DNA from: Eledone cirrhosa
Lineage: Eukaryota
Assembly (NCBI GenBank): GCA_964016885.1
Contig: OZ024750.1
Coordinates: 9,858,001-9,922,000, forward strand
Direction of reading: 5' to 3'
DNA: 64,000 nt
Shown: in pieces, positions 1 to 15,658 of the stretch
How the letters are laid out: every line of letters begins with the position of its first letter
How positions within the stretch are numbered: position 1 is the first letter of the stretch
Position numbers and translations under genes: made by a program
Notes under the pieces: model-generated
Seen by the model: the letters and a program-made list of their open reading frames with translations, nothing else
Databases searched by the model: none
What the model was told of the DNA's origin: nothing

Positions 1-976
1 CTTTTTTTAAGCACATACTAAATAAACAGTAACTAACTTTGAAGAATTTCCAAATATCAAATAATTCCAAATTATTGTTACATTTAAAAACCAACAGACT
101 AGAAGCTAGTTTTTTTTGGTTTAGAATGTTAGCAATAAGTCTTTAGAGTGGTGATACAGAAAATAGCTGTTTAGTAAGAACTTTTTTTTTTTTTTTTTTT
201 TTCATTTATTTATTATTATTTTTTTCCCTGAAATTTGACTACAATCTAAAAATATTTTGTCTGTGCCAAAATAATGTACGATTGGTTTGTGTTCTGTCAC
301 AAAGCATAACCATTTTTTCATACTACAAAATGAGTTAATTTAGAGAGCAAAAAGATTTTTTGTAATTAAAATTAAGATAAATAAACATTTTTTTTTCCCT
401 GTAATTTTTAAATATATTTTTGTAAAAAATCACTGCTTAGAGCTTCTAATTGTAAGTTGTTGTGAGTTAACATCATGGTTCATTAAGTATTGTATATTTT
501 CTAAGAAAGAAAAAAACACAAATCCTAAAATCATGCACAATATAAGACTACTTGCATTAACAAAAAAAAAAAAAAAAGAAACCTACTATATATAAAAAAA
601 ACAAAATCTCATCAAACTAAAATTTGCTGACCTAGCTATTGCTAATAGCTGTGTTTGTTTCATTTGAGGAGAATCCCAGAGAATGTAACATTGAAATTCA
701 ACTGTTTGAAATATGCATCGAATGTGGGTGCAAAAATCTTTGGTAGGCTACAAGAAAACTTCGTAAATAATTAACCAGATCTCTGCATTTTTTAAAAATT
801 ATTATTATTATTATTATTTTTAATTATCAAATCTGCCTCTTTTCAGCTGCTAAATTATAGAACTGAACAAGTTGCTTAAGCCCAAAACTTTCTAAAAAGC
901 AAACTGAGGATTGTTTACAGATATTTTTTAAAAAAGCTGAAAATGCTGTTAGTGTTTTCTGAGGTAAGCTCTTCCA

Positions 977-1050
<74 letters not shown>

Positions 1051-1159
1051 TTCTCTCTATATGTGTGTGTGTATATACATGCACATGTGTGTATGTATAT
1101 GTATGTGTGTGTGTATATATATATATATATATACACGCACACATACGTATATGTATATA

Positions 1160-1201
<42 letters not shown>

Positions 1202-2824
1202 CATACTTAACACACACACACCCTCACACACATATATATATATTATTCTGTACATTCTCCTCTGTGAAATTGCCAGTATTGATCAAATTATTTTCTTTCT
1301 TTTCATTTTTTTCTTTGTTTTTTATTTATTTTTTTTTTTTTTTACTTTTTCAACCAATGTTTGAAAAATGATATGTTGTGTCTTTATGTAAGGGAGGGGT
1401 CGGTAATGCTATATTTACATTGCCATTCATAATTTCTGTAAACCACCTAAACACTTTATTCTCGTCTTTTTTCATTTGTCATTCTTATTTTTCTTACAAC
1501 GATTATTTTAGTGAATACTACTACTATTACTACTACTAGTACTACTACTACTACTACATTTTATCTCCTATTCCATTTTCTTAATTTAAGTCTATGTTAG
1601 TTTATATTTCAAAGGAAATAACACCAAGTTTTATGTGTCAGTTAAATCATTTATTCATTTGGCAACAATGTGATGAAATATTCCTTTTAATTAATTAAAA
1701 ATGACTGAAGGCACAGGAAAAAATAACCAAACAACAAACAAAAGAAATAACACTTGATGGTTAAGAACATAAACTATATTAAACTTCGAAAATTAATTTG
1801 TGTTTTATCATTAATTAGACAGGGATTTTGTCCCTTAAAAAAAAAAGGAAACAATTTAAAAAAAAAAAATTAAAAACTTTCATTTTAAAATTTTCTTTTT
1901 ATAATTTTTTTTTCTTTTTTTTTTTTTCAATTAATAATTTTGGGGTTGTTTAATTTTTGGCTTCAAAATATATTAAATATATTGAGTTTAAAAACAAAAA
2001 GCAAGTTATGGAAGTAAAACCAAAATTGATATATAAATATATATATATTTTTTTTTCCATTTAAATTTTTATTTCAACATTTTTAATTGCTTTTTTTTTT
2101 TAATAATGGTCTGAAATTTGTTACTAGCCTTCATTTTGTGATATTTTCTTTAATTTAAAAAAAAAAAAAGAAATAAAAGTTAAAACAACCCCCATCACCC
2201 AGCCCAATTAAAAAAAAAAAAGGCAAACTTGATGCCGTAAACAATTCAAGCTAAGAATTTTGATCAGTTATAACTTTAAAGAAGAAAGGGTTAAAAAACA
2301 CTCTTCCCTCTAAAAAAAAAAACTAACAAACAAAAACATTCGAACAGAAGAAAATGTACTGAATACCGGAACTAGAGTCTAAATAATTGATTTAATTGAG
2401 TCAACAAAAACCAAACTGGTTGGTGAAAATAGAAGTTTCCACAAATGCTGCAGTCGGTTTTATCAACCAACCAGTTTGGTTCAATATTTTTCACTGATGA
2501 AACTTTTGGAAACTTCTAGTTTCAGCCATCAGTTTCGTTTCAGCTGACCAAATTAAATTATATATAAATATATATAAGAGTGTGTATGTGAGTATGTATG
2601 TATGTATGTATGTGTGTGTTTGTGCGTGCAGCATTTTATTATTCCATTTTGATTTCAAACAAACTTTTTGGCCTTGTGTAACATTTGAAGATACATTAGC
2701 AGAGTAAGCTAAGCCTACTGCCGCCTTCATTTAGTTTATTGAACTATTTTATACTTAACACAAGATGATTGAGCAAATCCTTAAAGTATAAATGTGCATG
2801 ACTGTGAATGTATGTATACATAAG

Positions 2825-3158
<334 letters not shown>

Positions 3159-3816
3159 CATATACACATATATCTTAGTAGTTTTAAATTAACAAAGAAA
3201 GATAAATTAGGTAACAATCGTCATTCTCCTTTTTTTTCATCAACAAAATATTTTAGATAAATTAATTCCACTCATTTATTAGTCATTAAAAGAAAAACAT
3301 CTTTCATCGTGAAATAGATTTTTAATTTTAAAAAATCAGTAATTTTTATTATACAACGTTTAATAATTTGAACAATGAACCAAGTAGCTGTAGAAAAGGA
3401 AAAAAAAACATTGCAAATTGATTTATTTTAAATTAATGTATTTTAAATGTAAAACAAAAAACATTCGGTTTTTTTTTTTTTTTTATTGTCTTAGAAATAC
3501 AATAAATTTTAAAGAATGTATTTAAACCATATTATTATTGTTATCATACTAGCTATAATAATAATAATAATAATAATAGTAATAATAATGATGATAATAA
3601 TATCATCTGTATTATTTATAAAAGCAAAAAACAAATTTTAAATTGAAAATCTATTTGAAACCAACTAAACAACGCAGTATCCACCTTTTTTTTTCTGCTA
3701 CGAACTGGCTTGTGGCAGCTTGATGAAAACAAAACACTCATAAAACTAATAACACTGCTGAGTCGTTGAAATATTCTTCTCTCTATCTTTAACTATTTTT
3801 TTTCCTTTGCAGTCAT

Positions 3817-3895
<79 letters not shown>

Positions 3896-4476
3896 CCTTC
3901 TTTTTATACGACAATCAATATGGAAAGGCCTTGTTAACTTGCCAGTCGGGCTGTGTGTTGTATGTCGTATCTTTCCCAATAACAAACTATTATAATTGAT
4001 AAAAAAAAGTATGTCTTTGGCATATTATACGTATGTGTATGTGTATTGCTAATGTTAGTGTGTCTTTTGCATATAAGTATGTGTATGTGTGTGTTGCAAA
4101 TGTTAGTATGTCTTTTGCATATACGTATGTATATATGTGTGTTAGTATGTCTGTCTGTGACCCAATCATACTGAATAGATTTTGCACCTGCTTAATTATG
4201 ACTTGCTGCTTGAGAGGCAGATTTATCACCACAATAACAACTACTGCCACAGCTACTGCTAAAACTCAAAGCTGCCTCTTGTGGCCTGTTTTGTACAAAC
4301 CTATCTAGATATTGTTTTCTTTTGTCTTATCATTGTCATGACAGCACTTAATTATATATACATACATAGACATACATACATATATACATGCATACATATA
4401 TACATACATACATACAACCCATGTAAGCGTGGAAAAACAGATGTAAAAAAACAATGATGATGATACATATACATAC

Positions 4477-4531
<55 letters not shown>

Positions 4532-7500
4532 GAAGTGTTTACAATATACTATCACATACACATTGACAAATATCATGAGTATATTGTATGTATTTTAGTT
4601 TTTCTCAATCAGTTGATTAATTTTTGTTCTGTATCTGTGAATAGTGGTATATGTTTCTCCACTTCCATTATTTTTTATGTGGGGGTGGGGGATCAAATAA
4701 TAAGGTATTTTGTGTAGCCATAGGAACTTGTGTATATCGACTTAACACATTCCAGTATTAGAAATGGCAGCTTTTCCTCAGGTCATACAACACTTACTCT
4801 AGTAGCAGTTGTAAGAGATTGTTACAGTTTACTGATTTTCATCCTTTCCTTTTTATTTTCTGTTTTTCTGTGTGTATATAATTTTTAGCTGTGGTTATCT
4901 TCTGAAGAAGTTATTCTTTCTTTCCTGACTAAATGGAAGATATCAAAACTATTGTAATGACAGAATACAAAATTTATAAAGTCAGCTGTTTAACGAACGT
5001 AAATATTAAAGAATCCATTTTACACCTCTCTCCATCCTTTCCATGTTGTGTGTATGTGTATATATTTATATATATATATACACTTATCTGTATATACATC
5101 GATATGTATATATGGTTTATCCCTTCCAGAAGTTTTTAACTGTGGTGGGCATTTAAAACAAGTACATCTACCACCTGCTTCTGACTTAATCTATATCTTA
5201 TGAACAAGAGACAATTCTTACCATAACACATTAGTAGATATCTTATTTTTATTGTAATTAAAGACTTAATTCATTTGAAATACCGAAGACACTTAGATTT
5301 AGCAAGTTTAGCATTAGTTCTTAATGGTATTCTTCTCTCCAAACTTTATTATTATTACTAATACTGGTGTATAAGCTTTTAAGAATTCCTTATCTCACTT
5401 CTGACTGTTTTCTGGGATTAGAATATTTTGTTTTTTAATGATTGTATTTTTATTATCATCATTATTATTATTGTGGTCATTTTGTATTCCTTACATTAGT
5501 TTGTAATTTTCAATTTATTTGACCTTAGTACATACATCATCAGTGGTGCAGCCAGTGATCCTCAAACACTAATACACATGTACTAATATTGCTATTGTGC
5601 TATATGTTTTGTTTTCTCCTTTGTCTTCTTAAAAATCTTTTTATTGTTATAAATGACAAAAAAAAAACAAAAAAAAAACAATTGAGATCTTCCCAGTGAA
5701 GTAAAATTTCACCATTATTTAAAAAAAAAAAAACACTAAAAAAAAAGTACATTGTAAAAAATCTTTCCATTCGGTGATTACTATTTTGAAAAGTCAAGTT
5801 CCTTTTCAGAATTTCCTGCTCAGAAGTTTTTTTTTTTTTTTTAATCAAATTTTAAGTCTAATAACTCAGTGTGTGCTTTGAGCTTAATCTGTTCATATAC
5901 TTTCATTTCTTGATTTTATTTTTGTCTCTCCTCTTATTTAAAAAAAAAAAAGGTTTGAATTACCTTCAAATAGACTGGTGCTTTCTGTCAAATATCTAAT
6001 TCCTGTGAGGAATTTACCATCAAAGCCTCTTCTCTTAATATACTACGCAATGATCATACTGCTGGCTTTCTCACATATTACTTTAGTGGCCTTATTAAAC
6101 CCATACTGTCATACACCCACACATGTACACACAGCATAGAAACAACTATTAAAAGTACAATAAACAAAACAGATTGTGTAGTTAAATTGTTGCCAAGTAT
6201 TTTCCAGTATTTGTTTCTTTCTAAGTTATATATTAAGGGAAAACAAATTTCCTAGTATTTGCTCTGCGATTTAAGCCATTAATTTTTCTCATCGCAGCAT
6301 ATAAAAACCCATTATATTATGACAATAAAATAACAGAAAGACTTTCCTAAAGTTAGATGGTAGTATCGTTACATAAAGTCTTGTGGGATCAGTTAAGTTT
6401 TAATAGAATTGTTTATCGATTCCGAAAGAAACACAAATTACACTACTGTTTTAAGATATTTCAGGATACTTTATCTGAATGAAAAGAAAGAAAAAATGTT
6501 TATTCCATTTAGTGATGTGATTAATTTGACATATATTTGAACTGTCCATAATGGTTCACTGATGTTCTGTGATGTCTTATGAATTTCTGCCAGCCAATCA
6601 AATATGAATCGACAAAAATGAAGCAAACCACAACCAAAAGACATAATAAGGAAATGTGTTTAAAATTAAAAACCAAAACAAAAAAGTTATTGAAGTAGGT
6701 TTGGAGAAAGCACTGTTTAATATATGAATACAAACAAATTGTAAATTAAAAAGCTTCCAATTTTGCGAAACCATGAGACTGATTCCATATTCACCTCATT
6801 ATGTTGACTTCTTAAAATACTGGTAATGTTCATTTTCATATAGATTCACCCGTATGCAAACTCTTATCTATTAGAATCTAAGAATTTATTGTTTGTGTAT
6901 TGTAAAACTGTGATAATCTAATGCTTTTTTAAAAGTTGAAATTATTTAAACTGCTTAATCTGGACTTTCTAGATATGAAAACATCAAATAAATTTTAAAA
7001 AAAGGCAAAAAAAAAAACAACAAACAAAAAAACTTTTTCTTTTCCACACAAAAAATATCTAAAAAGCATTTTGAATTTATTGTAGCGAAATGTTTCATTA
7101 ATAGTCTTAGTTTCAATAATACATATCTCATTATTTTTATTCTTGTGTTTTAATTGGCTGTAACTAATCCTGCTAACAACTACAGCTTTTCTAAATTCTT
7201 CTATTTTTCCTTATCATTGCCCTATGGATGATAATCTAAACATTTGTAAAAAGAAAAAAAGATAAGAAAAAAGCCAAATTTTGGACAAATCATTGTCCCT
7301 TACTGTGAACCTTATGCATTTTAAAACATCATTCCTTTCGGTTATTGGTCAGTATACTAGTATATTATCTTTTTTTGTCTTCTTCATTTCTTTCTTCCAT
7401 TCCATCCTTTTTATCTTCTACAAATATTTTATTGGTTAAAGGAGAAAGAAAATTTTGTCAACTGGCCCCTCATGTTCATGTTGTCGTATTCTGCTTGTGT

Positions 7501-9646
7501 GTCTTTGAAAATATTTTGACTAACCATAACAACAAATTCCTCCTAAATAGCATTGATAAAGAATATCTTTGCATTGGTGCTAATATAAGGTTTCTTATAC
7601 TTCCCCTCTTTTTACGTTATTATATTTTGGTTATAGGAACTAATTATTTTTCATATTTTATAATTGTTTTGAGTTTAAAAAGGATCGCATACATATACTC
7701 ACTCTCTCACACACATACACACTTACACTCACACACTCAGTGAAAATGAAAACAAAAAAGAAAACTAAAATTCCTTGCCTTGAAAGTTAGTCAGGAGCTC
7801 TCTTGTGCCTAGCAGTTGTGAAGTTACCATTTAATTGCTGATCTCATTATATTGCTTTTACCTCTAGCTGTTATAGCCAGCCCTCTTTTACTAATATCAT
7901 CCAGTTTAGGCTATTATCTTGGTTATATGTATTTTATTTATTTTCTCTAGAGTTATTCATTTGAAATACGTTAAAGGTTGGAATTGTACGTTAAAGATAT
8001 TGTTGAAACATTTCTTTTTTTTTTTATTTCTATTTTCTTACTCTCTAATTGATAAATAGAAAAAAATTGTGTCTTCTTTCCTGCCTTATTTTTTCTCTTT
8101 TTTTTTCCGTGTCTGTACTTGTTAGGGAAAGGCTGGGCCTGTAGCTGTTCTGATCTTCATGGGGGAAGAATTACATTTTAAAAAAAAGAATGTTTTTAAT
8201 GTTCTAGTCTATATATCCTAATGTTTATCTGAATGGAAGCTGTTAGAATATACAAGATTGCTTGGTGAAGTTATGGCTTCTCGGCGTATTATAAATATAC
8301 CATGAACATCATTGGTTTCATTATAAGTATGTGAGGTTGGTAAGATGCCTCAGAGCATCAGTCATAATAGTGGCAATGGAAGATTTTTATATATATATAT
8401 ATATAATAGTGTTAGAATGTAAGAACATTTATTTTAATTTCCATTGCTTTATTGTTTATATTTTGTAATATAAGCCCTATCTGAAAAATTCAGTCATGTT
8501 TGTTTTAGGAAGACTTCTAAAATCCTGCCATCATCCCTCTCTGAATTGACAGTTCTTAAATGTTGAAATTTCAGTCACTGCCTACATTCTCTCCTCCACA
8601 CTGTTTGGTTGTGGAATAAGAACGTTGCTCTGCTTATCCGTTTATTCAGCTCAGAAGCTAAGTGAGAATCTCAGCTGATGATCAACCATTAATACTTGCT
8701 GGTTTATTTTATCTGTTCTTTGGAGATTTTTTTTTATTATCAGAGCATTAAAACAACAAAAGAAAAGTTTCTGTAAACAAAACGACATCAAGATCTACTT
8801 ACTGTAGCTATTGCCAAACTATGATACAACTTCTTTCAAATCAAACTTAATTCTGGTTTGTTTATTTTCATTCAATAAATTAAATTTATCATTCAAACAA
8901 TGCAAATTATCTTTTACTGTAGATATATATAAATACTCAAAATTTAAAATTAAATTTTTAAAAAAAGAGAGACATAACAATCTGATGTAAGCCTTCTAGT
9001 TTTAAAAATTATGCTCAAAGACGGTTGGATTTTTGAATTGGCTATCTTAAAAGCCTATACTTTTCTCTTTTCATAAAAAACGAAAACAAATAAAAAAAAT
9101 TCTGTTGCCAATGTTCAAATATAAGAAGTTTAATATTTTCAAACTTATTGATTAAATTCTCTCATTAATTTGATAAGATTAAGACATTAGCGGTGCAAAT
9201 AATTAAGATAACTGGACTTAATACCTTTCAGTATTTCATTCTGTCCTTCCTTGTTCCAAATTGAAATTAGACTAGGATTGACTTCACCTGTAATTTCTCC
9301 AGATTTGATAAGTACTGGTCACATACTGCAGTTGACTTAATTCACTATATTCCTTCCCTACAGAATTGTGGCTTAGTGCAAACGTAAAACAAATCATTAG
9401 CTTCATATAATGTTAGTAAAATTCTAGATGCATTTTGAAAATTAGGTGGAATTTCATCTTTTTTCTCGACATTTTGTATTTTAGTTTTTCACCAAAACTT
9501 GACAATCGATTGATTTGTAATTATGATTATCCTCTGATCCAAACCATTGCTCATCTTTGTATAATAGCATACTTTTAACTCATTTTCTATTCATAGTTAT
9601 ATTCTCTCTTCTTACCTCACAACTCTCCCTCTCTTGCTCGCTCTCG

Positions 9647-9690
<44 letters not shown>

Positions 9691-10512
9691 TATGCTATTA
9701 CCTGTATCCCATATATTTTCTTACCTTTGTAAGTTAGCAGATATCACTGAGAAAATATCTCTAATTGCTTTAGTTCTTATCATTTCTTTAATACTTTTGT
9801 GATTAAATGTTGCTTATTTTTGTAAAATCACATATTAGAAAACATTTGTTGGGTTTTTTTCATTGGAAACACATAAAGTTTATGGTCTCATATCAAAGTA
9901 TGTGATCATTTATTAAGAGCTTCAAACATTGATCCTTTTCCAAACTCCCTAAAAATCTGATCTGACCAAAACATATCCATTCTTGACATGACATAGACAT
10001 GTATTTATTTCATAGGTTCAAATTGGGAACAGTGAAAGCGTTTATTCCTGTTACAGGGTTTAAATGCTGGTCCAAACTACAGTAATATACTGCTCAAAGA
10101 ATACATGAATATTAGATATAAAACAAAGCTATTAGACATGTGTGCTCCTGATTAAAAGCTACTTTCACTGATCTCTTTGTCATTTTGTAGTTTAATCAAC
10201 AACATACTGCAAGAAGTGTTATACAAACTGGTGTTCAATTATCTGTTAAGACAATTCCTAAGACAGAATATTAATAAACTTCAAATCTAAGCTGGAGTTG
10301 TGCAATTATTCTGCCTTCTCTCCCTCCATTGTCTTTCAAGGACCATAGCATCCTTACTTCTTATTTCTGTCAAAAGAAAACCCTCATAGATACTGTGATA
10401 GAAAGTTATTATTTTTACCAATTTCAATCAAATTACTTTCTGTTCTTGGGTTTTCTTCTTCTTCTCATTATTATTATTATTACTGTTATTGTTATTATGA
10501 GTACCATCGCGG

Positions 10513-10740
10513 GGGTGGTGAGAGGACTTAGACAGTAAAGACATTGGGATAAATGCTTTACAGCATAAAGTTTTGTCCCTCTTTTGGATCTGAATTCAAA
10601 TCCCACCGTGGTTAACTTTGCCTTTCATCCTTCTTGGATTGATAAAATAAAGTACTTGGTTTTATTCTGGATCAATTCAGCCAACCATATCTTTCTTTCT
10701 CCCCTAAAAGGAATTGGCTGTGTGCCAAGTCAGAAGAAAT
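10513..10740 (+). mobile_element. SINE, same family, older copy
   Basis: gaattcaaatcccaccgtggttaactttgcctttcatcc. Confidence 0.75.
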
Positions 10741-13510
10741 CAATGATAATATCATCAATATAAATATTTCTTTTTAACGGATTTCTGGATTATTTTCATG
10801 TGGGTAATTTGAGATATCTTTAAAAAATGAGAAAACTAGTCTGTTAATCTAATAAATCTTTTTCCAGTTCTGCCTTACTCTCATTTAAATAACAAGCTAA
10901 ATATACTTGGATATTTAATTATTTATATTGGTATCTTCTTTTTCTTTTTGTTTGTTTTTCTTATTTACAGCTAATTTCTCGTTAAGTATAGAACTATTAG
11001 GCTCTTAATCATAAAGAAGCAAGGCATGTGAAAGAAATGGTAAAGACATTTCTTGATTGGAAAACATATCTAAGGGATAGGAGGAGGAGAAGAAAACTTT
11101 TTCAAGTGAAGAATATTTTTAAAAGTCATATATTTCAAAAGAAAAAATATATATATATTATATCTTATATCTTATAAAGATTTTAAAAAAGTTTTATTCT
11201 TTTTTCTTTTTTTCTTTTTTTTTTTTCTTTAAGCTGTCCCATCTAAAATATATATATATATATAAATAAAATAAAAACTGCTGTGACTTTTTCCTCCCAT
11301 TATCATTTGTCACAGCTGACAGTTCTTTCACTGTGATAAACATTCTGAAATGTTTTGATGCTCTACCGGGCTGTCGTAGGAGAGCATGTTGACAAAAGAA
11401 TGAACGAAAATAGAATCAATTAAAATGAGAGAGTTTAGAAATTGTTTTTTTTTTTTTTTTTTTTTTTTTTTTGCAAACAAACCGAAACTTTTAAAAAGAT
11501 AGGGCACCATTCCATCAGCCATTGTATGTATAAAGTAGAAAATTTGTTGAATGACTTATTTTAAGCAGACTAAGCATTGTTTCTTTCCTGTAAGGATTTA
11601 ATTTTAGATATTTCTGAAAATTACCTCTTTACGACACATTATATAAACAAAACAGTTACATGCAGGCAAAAATGTTTTTTTATTTTTTTCTTAAGCAATA
11701 TATGTTACCAAACAATTTTCCATCCAGTGTAGCATCAAGTTATTTACTTTTATATTCTTTCATTTTATTTTATTTTGTCTTCTGAAAATTATCTGTCACT
11801 TTCATTACTCTCTTTATAAATTACCCCATCCCTCTCTCCATTTCCCCCACCCCACAAAAAGGAAACAAATTCCATGATGTTCCTTTTGTTAGCCTTCATT
11901 AAAACTTTGCTGGAATGACATGTATAGAATATGTTGATATTTATCTACTATTCTGGCTGCACCACTGATATGAGGAATCTAATATGACTATTATTTTCTC
12001 CACTGTGTTTTCTCTTCAAACTCTTCTGAAAAGAAAGAAAGGCATTTCTTGCTTTGCTTACATGAAATTATTGAAGCTTACTTTCTTCGAATGGCGACAA
12101 AACCACCACCATTACCCACCTCCACACATGCAATACCGACAATAACAATTACGACAGTCTTGTTACTTATTTGAAAGTGAAAGTGCTTTAAACACAGTAA
12201 TTGAATTTTAAAAAGAAGAAAAATATTGCAAGCATTTGTGTGTTTATATATATGTGAGTATGTATTTCTGTAATACACACATAGACACATATATGTCTCT
12301 CTCTGAATTAGTTTTAAGTCACATTTGATTATCTCTGGTTTTACTGCAGATTATAATTCCTGATTGCAGTAGCTTGGGTTTGGCTTTGGAGGAAGAACTT
12401 TGAATGTGAGGAATATTAATTATAGAGAATTTATTGGAGAATGACAGAAATTCATGTAATAGATTGCTCAATCTTGTCTTCAAAATCTCATGCATTTCTT
12501 ATTATACAAGTTCCACTATTTCTTATGAATTGCTATTGCTCCAAAATAAAGGGGGTTTTGTTGTTGTTTTTTTTTAACTACTTTTTTTTTTTTTTTTTTT
12601 TTTTTTAGTGACTGGAATCCTCACTTAAATAGTTAAGTTTTATTGTCTTTTTTTATTATCAAACTTTTGTTTGGAGAAGAAATTTACATAGAAAAGAACT
12701 CTATCGAAAAATAAAAAGCAAGAAAAAGGTTTATTCCTCTTAGACATATGCAAAATCATACACATTGGCACTGTCTTGTATGATTATTTATTGTGCCAAA
12801 AACAAAGATTCTTGGCCCAGCAAAACCTGACTGTCTAATTTTTAAAAATTGGTAACAGTTATTTCTCTGATAATATATATTTAAACAAATTATCTATAAA
12901 AAACACACAAAGGAAACAATGAAAAATGATATTTACTGTAAAAAGCATTTCTTAAAATAAAAAAAAAATCATGATGATCGCTTTTCTAACTTGTTCCCTC
13001 CTTAACTTGTTGCACTGCCATATAGGGGTATGTGAGCAGCCATAACTGTATTCAAAACTTCTGGATTGGGATATACCTCAACCCCTGCTAGTCTTACAAA
13101 AACAAAAAAAGGCCAAAACCATAATGAATATCTTATGAAAACGAAGAATCAAATGAAATCTATTATATGGATGAATGGTTGAAAGGATATATAGCTATTG
13201 AAAGCAAAATACTTGTTATTAAACATATCTGCGGGGTTTTTCTATGTGTGTTTATTTGTAGGAATCTGATCAATAATTAAAAGTATTTTTTAGGAATCAC
13301 ATGGAAGATTACATTAGTATTTGGGGCTTATTTCATTGCATCAGACACTATATGCTGTTTGACAACCGACATTTAAACTACCCAGTATTTATACAATATC
13401 TATTTTTTTCAAGTGTTCTTTCTATTACAAATTGTTTATGCTTTATAGTGTGTGTTTATTCCAGTTTTGTTCCTTTTTTCTAAATGTATGAAATGTTTGT
13501 GTGTGTGTAC

Positions 13511-13541
<31 letters not shown>

Positions 13542-13951
13542 AACATTTCAGCTATCAAAATATAAATATACCTTTTAAAACTTTTTCCAGTTCCAAATTC
13601 AGTAGAACATGGGAACATTTATTAGATTATGGTTCAGTTGAGTTATAATTAATAAATTAATTATTTAGAAAAGTTTTCATATTTAAGTTTCGGTATCCAT
13701 TGGAAATTTTCATTAACTTATCTTAAATGTGAGTATATGACCAATGTATATTAGCTTACTATTACATACAGTGCATATCATATTGAAACTTTCAGTATCT
13801 TGTAGCTTAAATTCACAATAAATAATCAATTGTAGTGCATATATGTATCATCTGTTGTTTATTCTTGTTAAGTTTAGATAATTTACTATATTTTGAACAG
13901 CTATTGTATTTCTTTCAACTATAATTCAGATTTCATCCAGATGTTCAGATG

Positions 13952-14050
13952 GTACAGATTGTAGGAAATATTCCAAGCAATCCAGTACAGATTGTAGGAA
14001 ATATTCCAAGCAATCCAGTACAGATTGTAGGAAATATTCCAAGCAATCCA
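13952..14050. repeat. Perfect 33-bp tandem repeat x3
   Basis: gtacagattgtaggaaatattccaagcaatcca. Confidence 0.95.
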
Positions 14051-14929
14051 ATTGCTTAGCACTACATTTCTTCATTTACCTTCAAATATGAAGTGTTGTT
14101 CTCGACTTTAAGTAAGCCGTGACAGTGAATTTAAATTGAGCTCTTGTGTATGTGTGCTCCACATTTACATATATATCTTCTTTTACTTAATATTCTATAT
14201 GAATAGGTTTTTATGAACAAAGATAATATTTCTTACCTACAACGGGTTCATCAGCCGAAAATTATTTGAATTGTGTAAATTATTTTCCTTAATATCTGAA
14301 CATCTTGGTAGTTGCTGTTATGTAAGAAGCAAGGTATAGTTTTTCAATTTAAACCTTATAAAGACTAAACAATCAGTAGTGACATAATGACTTTGTGATC
14401 CTTTTGTTTAATTTATTAAATATATTTATTAATTTCATATCTATTAACATATCTTCTTTTTTTAAAATACAATGCAATGATTAAACTGGTGAACAAACAA
14501 GAAAATGAATGTATGCAGGATTTAGAATTCTAAAAAAGTGTAATGTTTACCTTTTTACTGTTTCATTTACTGAAGATTTCCATAGAAATTCCAACATTCA
14601 ATCTAGCATAGGTTATTACTATCTTTCACTTTCTCTTTTTAGAATACTTTCTCAACTCTACACCACATTTAAATTTTACTGACACAAATAATAATAATAA
14701 TATAACATTTTGTAATCTCTGAGTATTGGGAAGCATTTTCATCTTTTCACTTACAAGAATATTAAATCAGTTTACTTCATAATTTGTAAACTGAATTAAA
14801 TATTAAGTACTTTTTAAAAAACTTATATATGCACAAATTTGAAGAATTGGCTGAATTTATTTCTGATATATTGATCTAGTCAACAATTTCATTTTGGTTA
14901 CTGACTTTCATGTATAAAAACAAACAGAT

Positions 14930-14981
<52 letters not shown>

Positions 14982-15119
14982 ACTTCTATTCTACAAATTT
15001 GCTCTGGTTTGGGGAAATAATTTGACTAGGTTTTTTTTCAATATGTCTGGCTGTTTTTGAACTTTGTAGGTATATTTTAATTCTCATTTTCAATACTTAT
15101 ACATGTGTGTGTGTGTGTG

Positions 15120-15151
<32 letters not shown>

Positions 15152-15611
15152 TATATACATACACACATATGTATGTATGTATGTGTATATGTTTGCATGT
15201 ATCTGTATGTATATATGTATGTATATGTATATTATTTTGAAATAAGTGATCCTTCTCACTATTTAATTAGTTACTTCGTTAGTATCTCAAGTATGTGCAT
15301 TCAGGACAAATGAAAGTAAATCACATGCATCTTAAGACATGTTTCTTCTTTTTGTTTCATTTCTGTTTTATATTCTCCTACCTCAATGACACAGACTGAA
15401 TTGTCCCTTCATAATTCATAATAAAAAGAAAAACATTTGGAAATTTAACATGGAGCTGTTTTGTATGGAGCTGTTTTCTCTTAGCTGGGAGATTTATGTA
15501 AAGTTGATAGGCTGGAAGAAAATATGAATTAACAAAATACTCTTTAAAAAAAATCAATTAAAAATATTCCGTAAACGATGGTGAATTGTTACTAAAATCC
15601 TTCCAAAATTG

Positions 15612-15658
<47 letters not shown>

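Noticed and set aside
2494-2530. CTGATGA...GAAAC as a hammerhead (also 14225-14258 on the minus strand and 15905-15930)
   Set aside because: Stems I and II cannot form convincingly
10971-11039. Exon-like segment (ttatttacag ... atg|gtaaag)
   Set aside because: Stop codons in all three frames and no partner exons
13952-14050. CRISPR-like 33-bp repeats (also 56663-56792 and 57788-58357)
   Set aside because: Head-to-tail repeats without unique spacers, no cas genes, eukaryotic context
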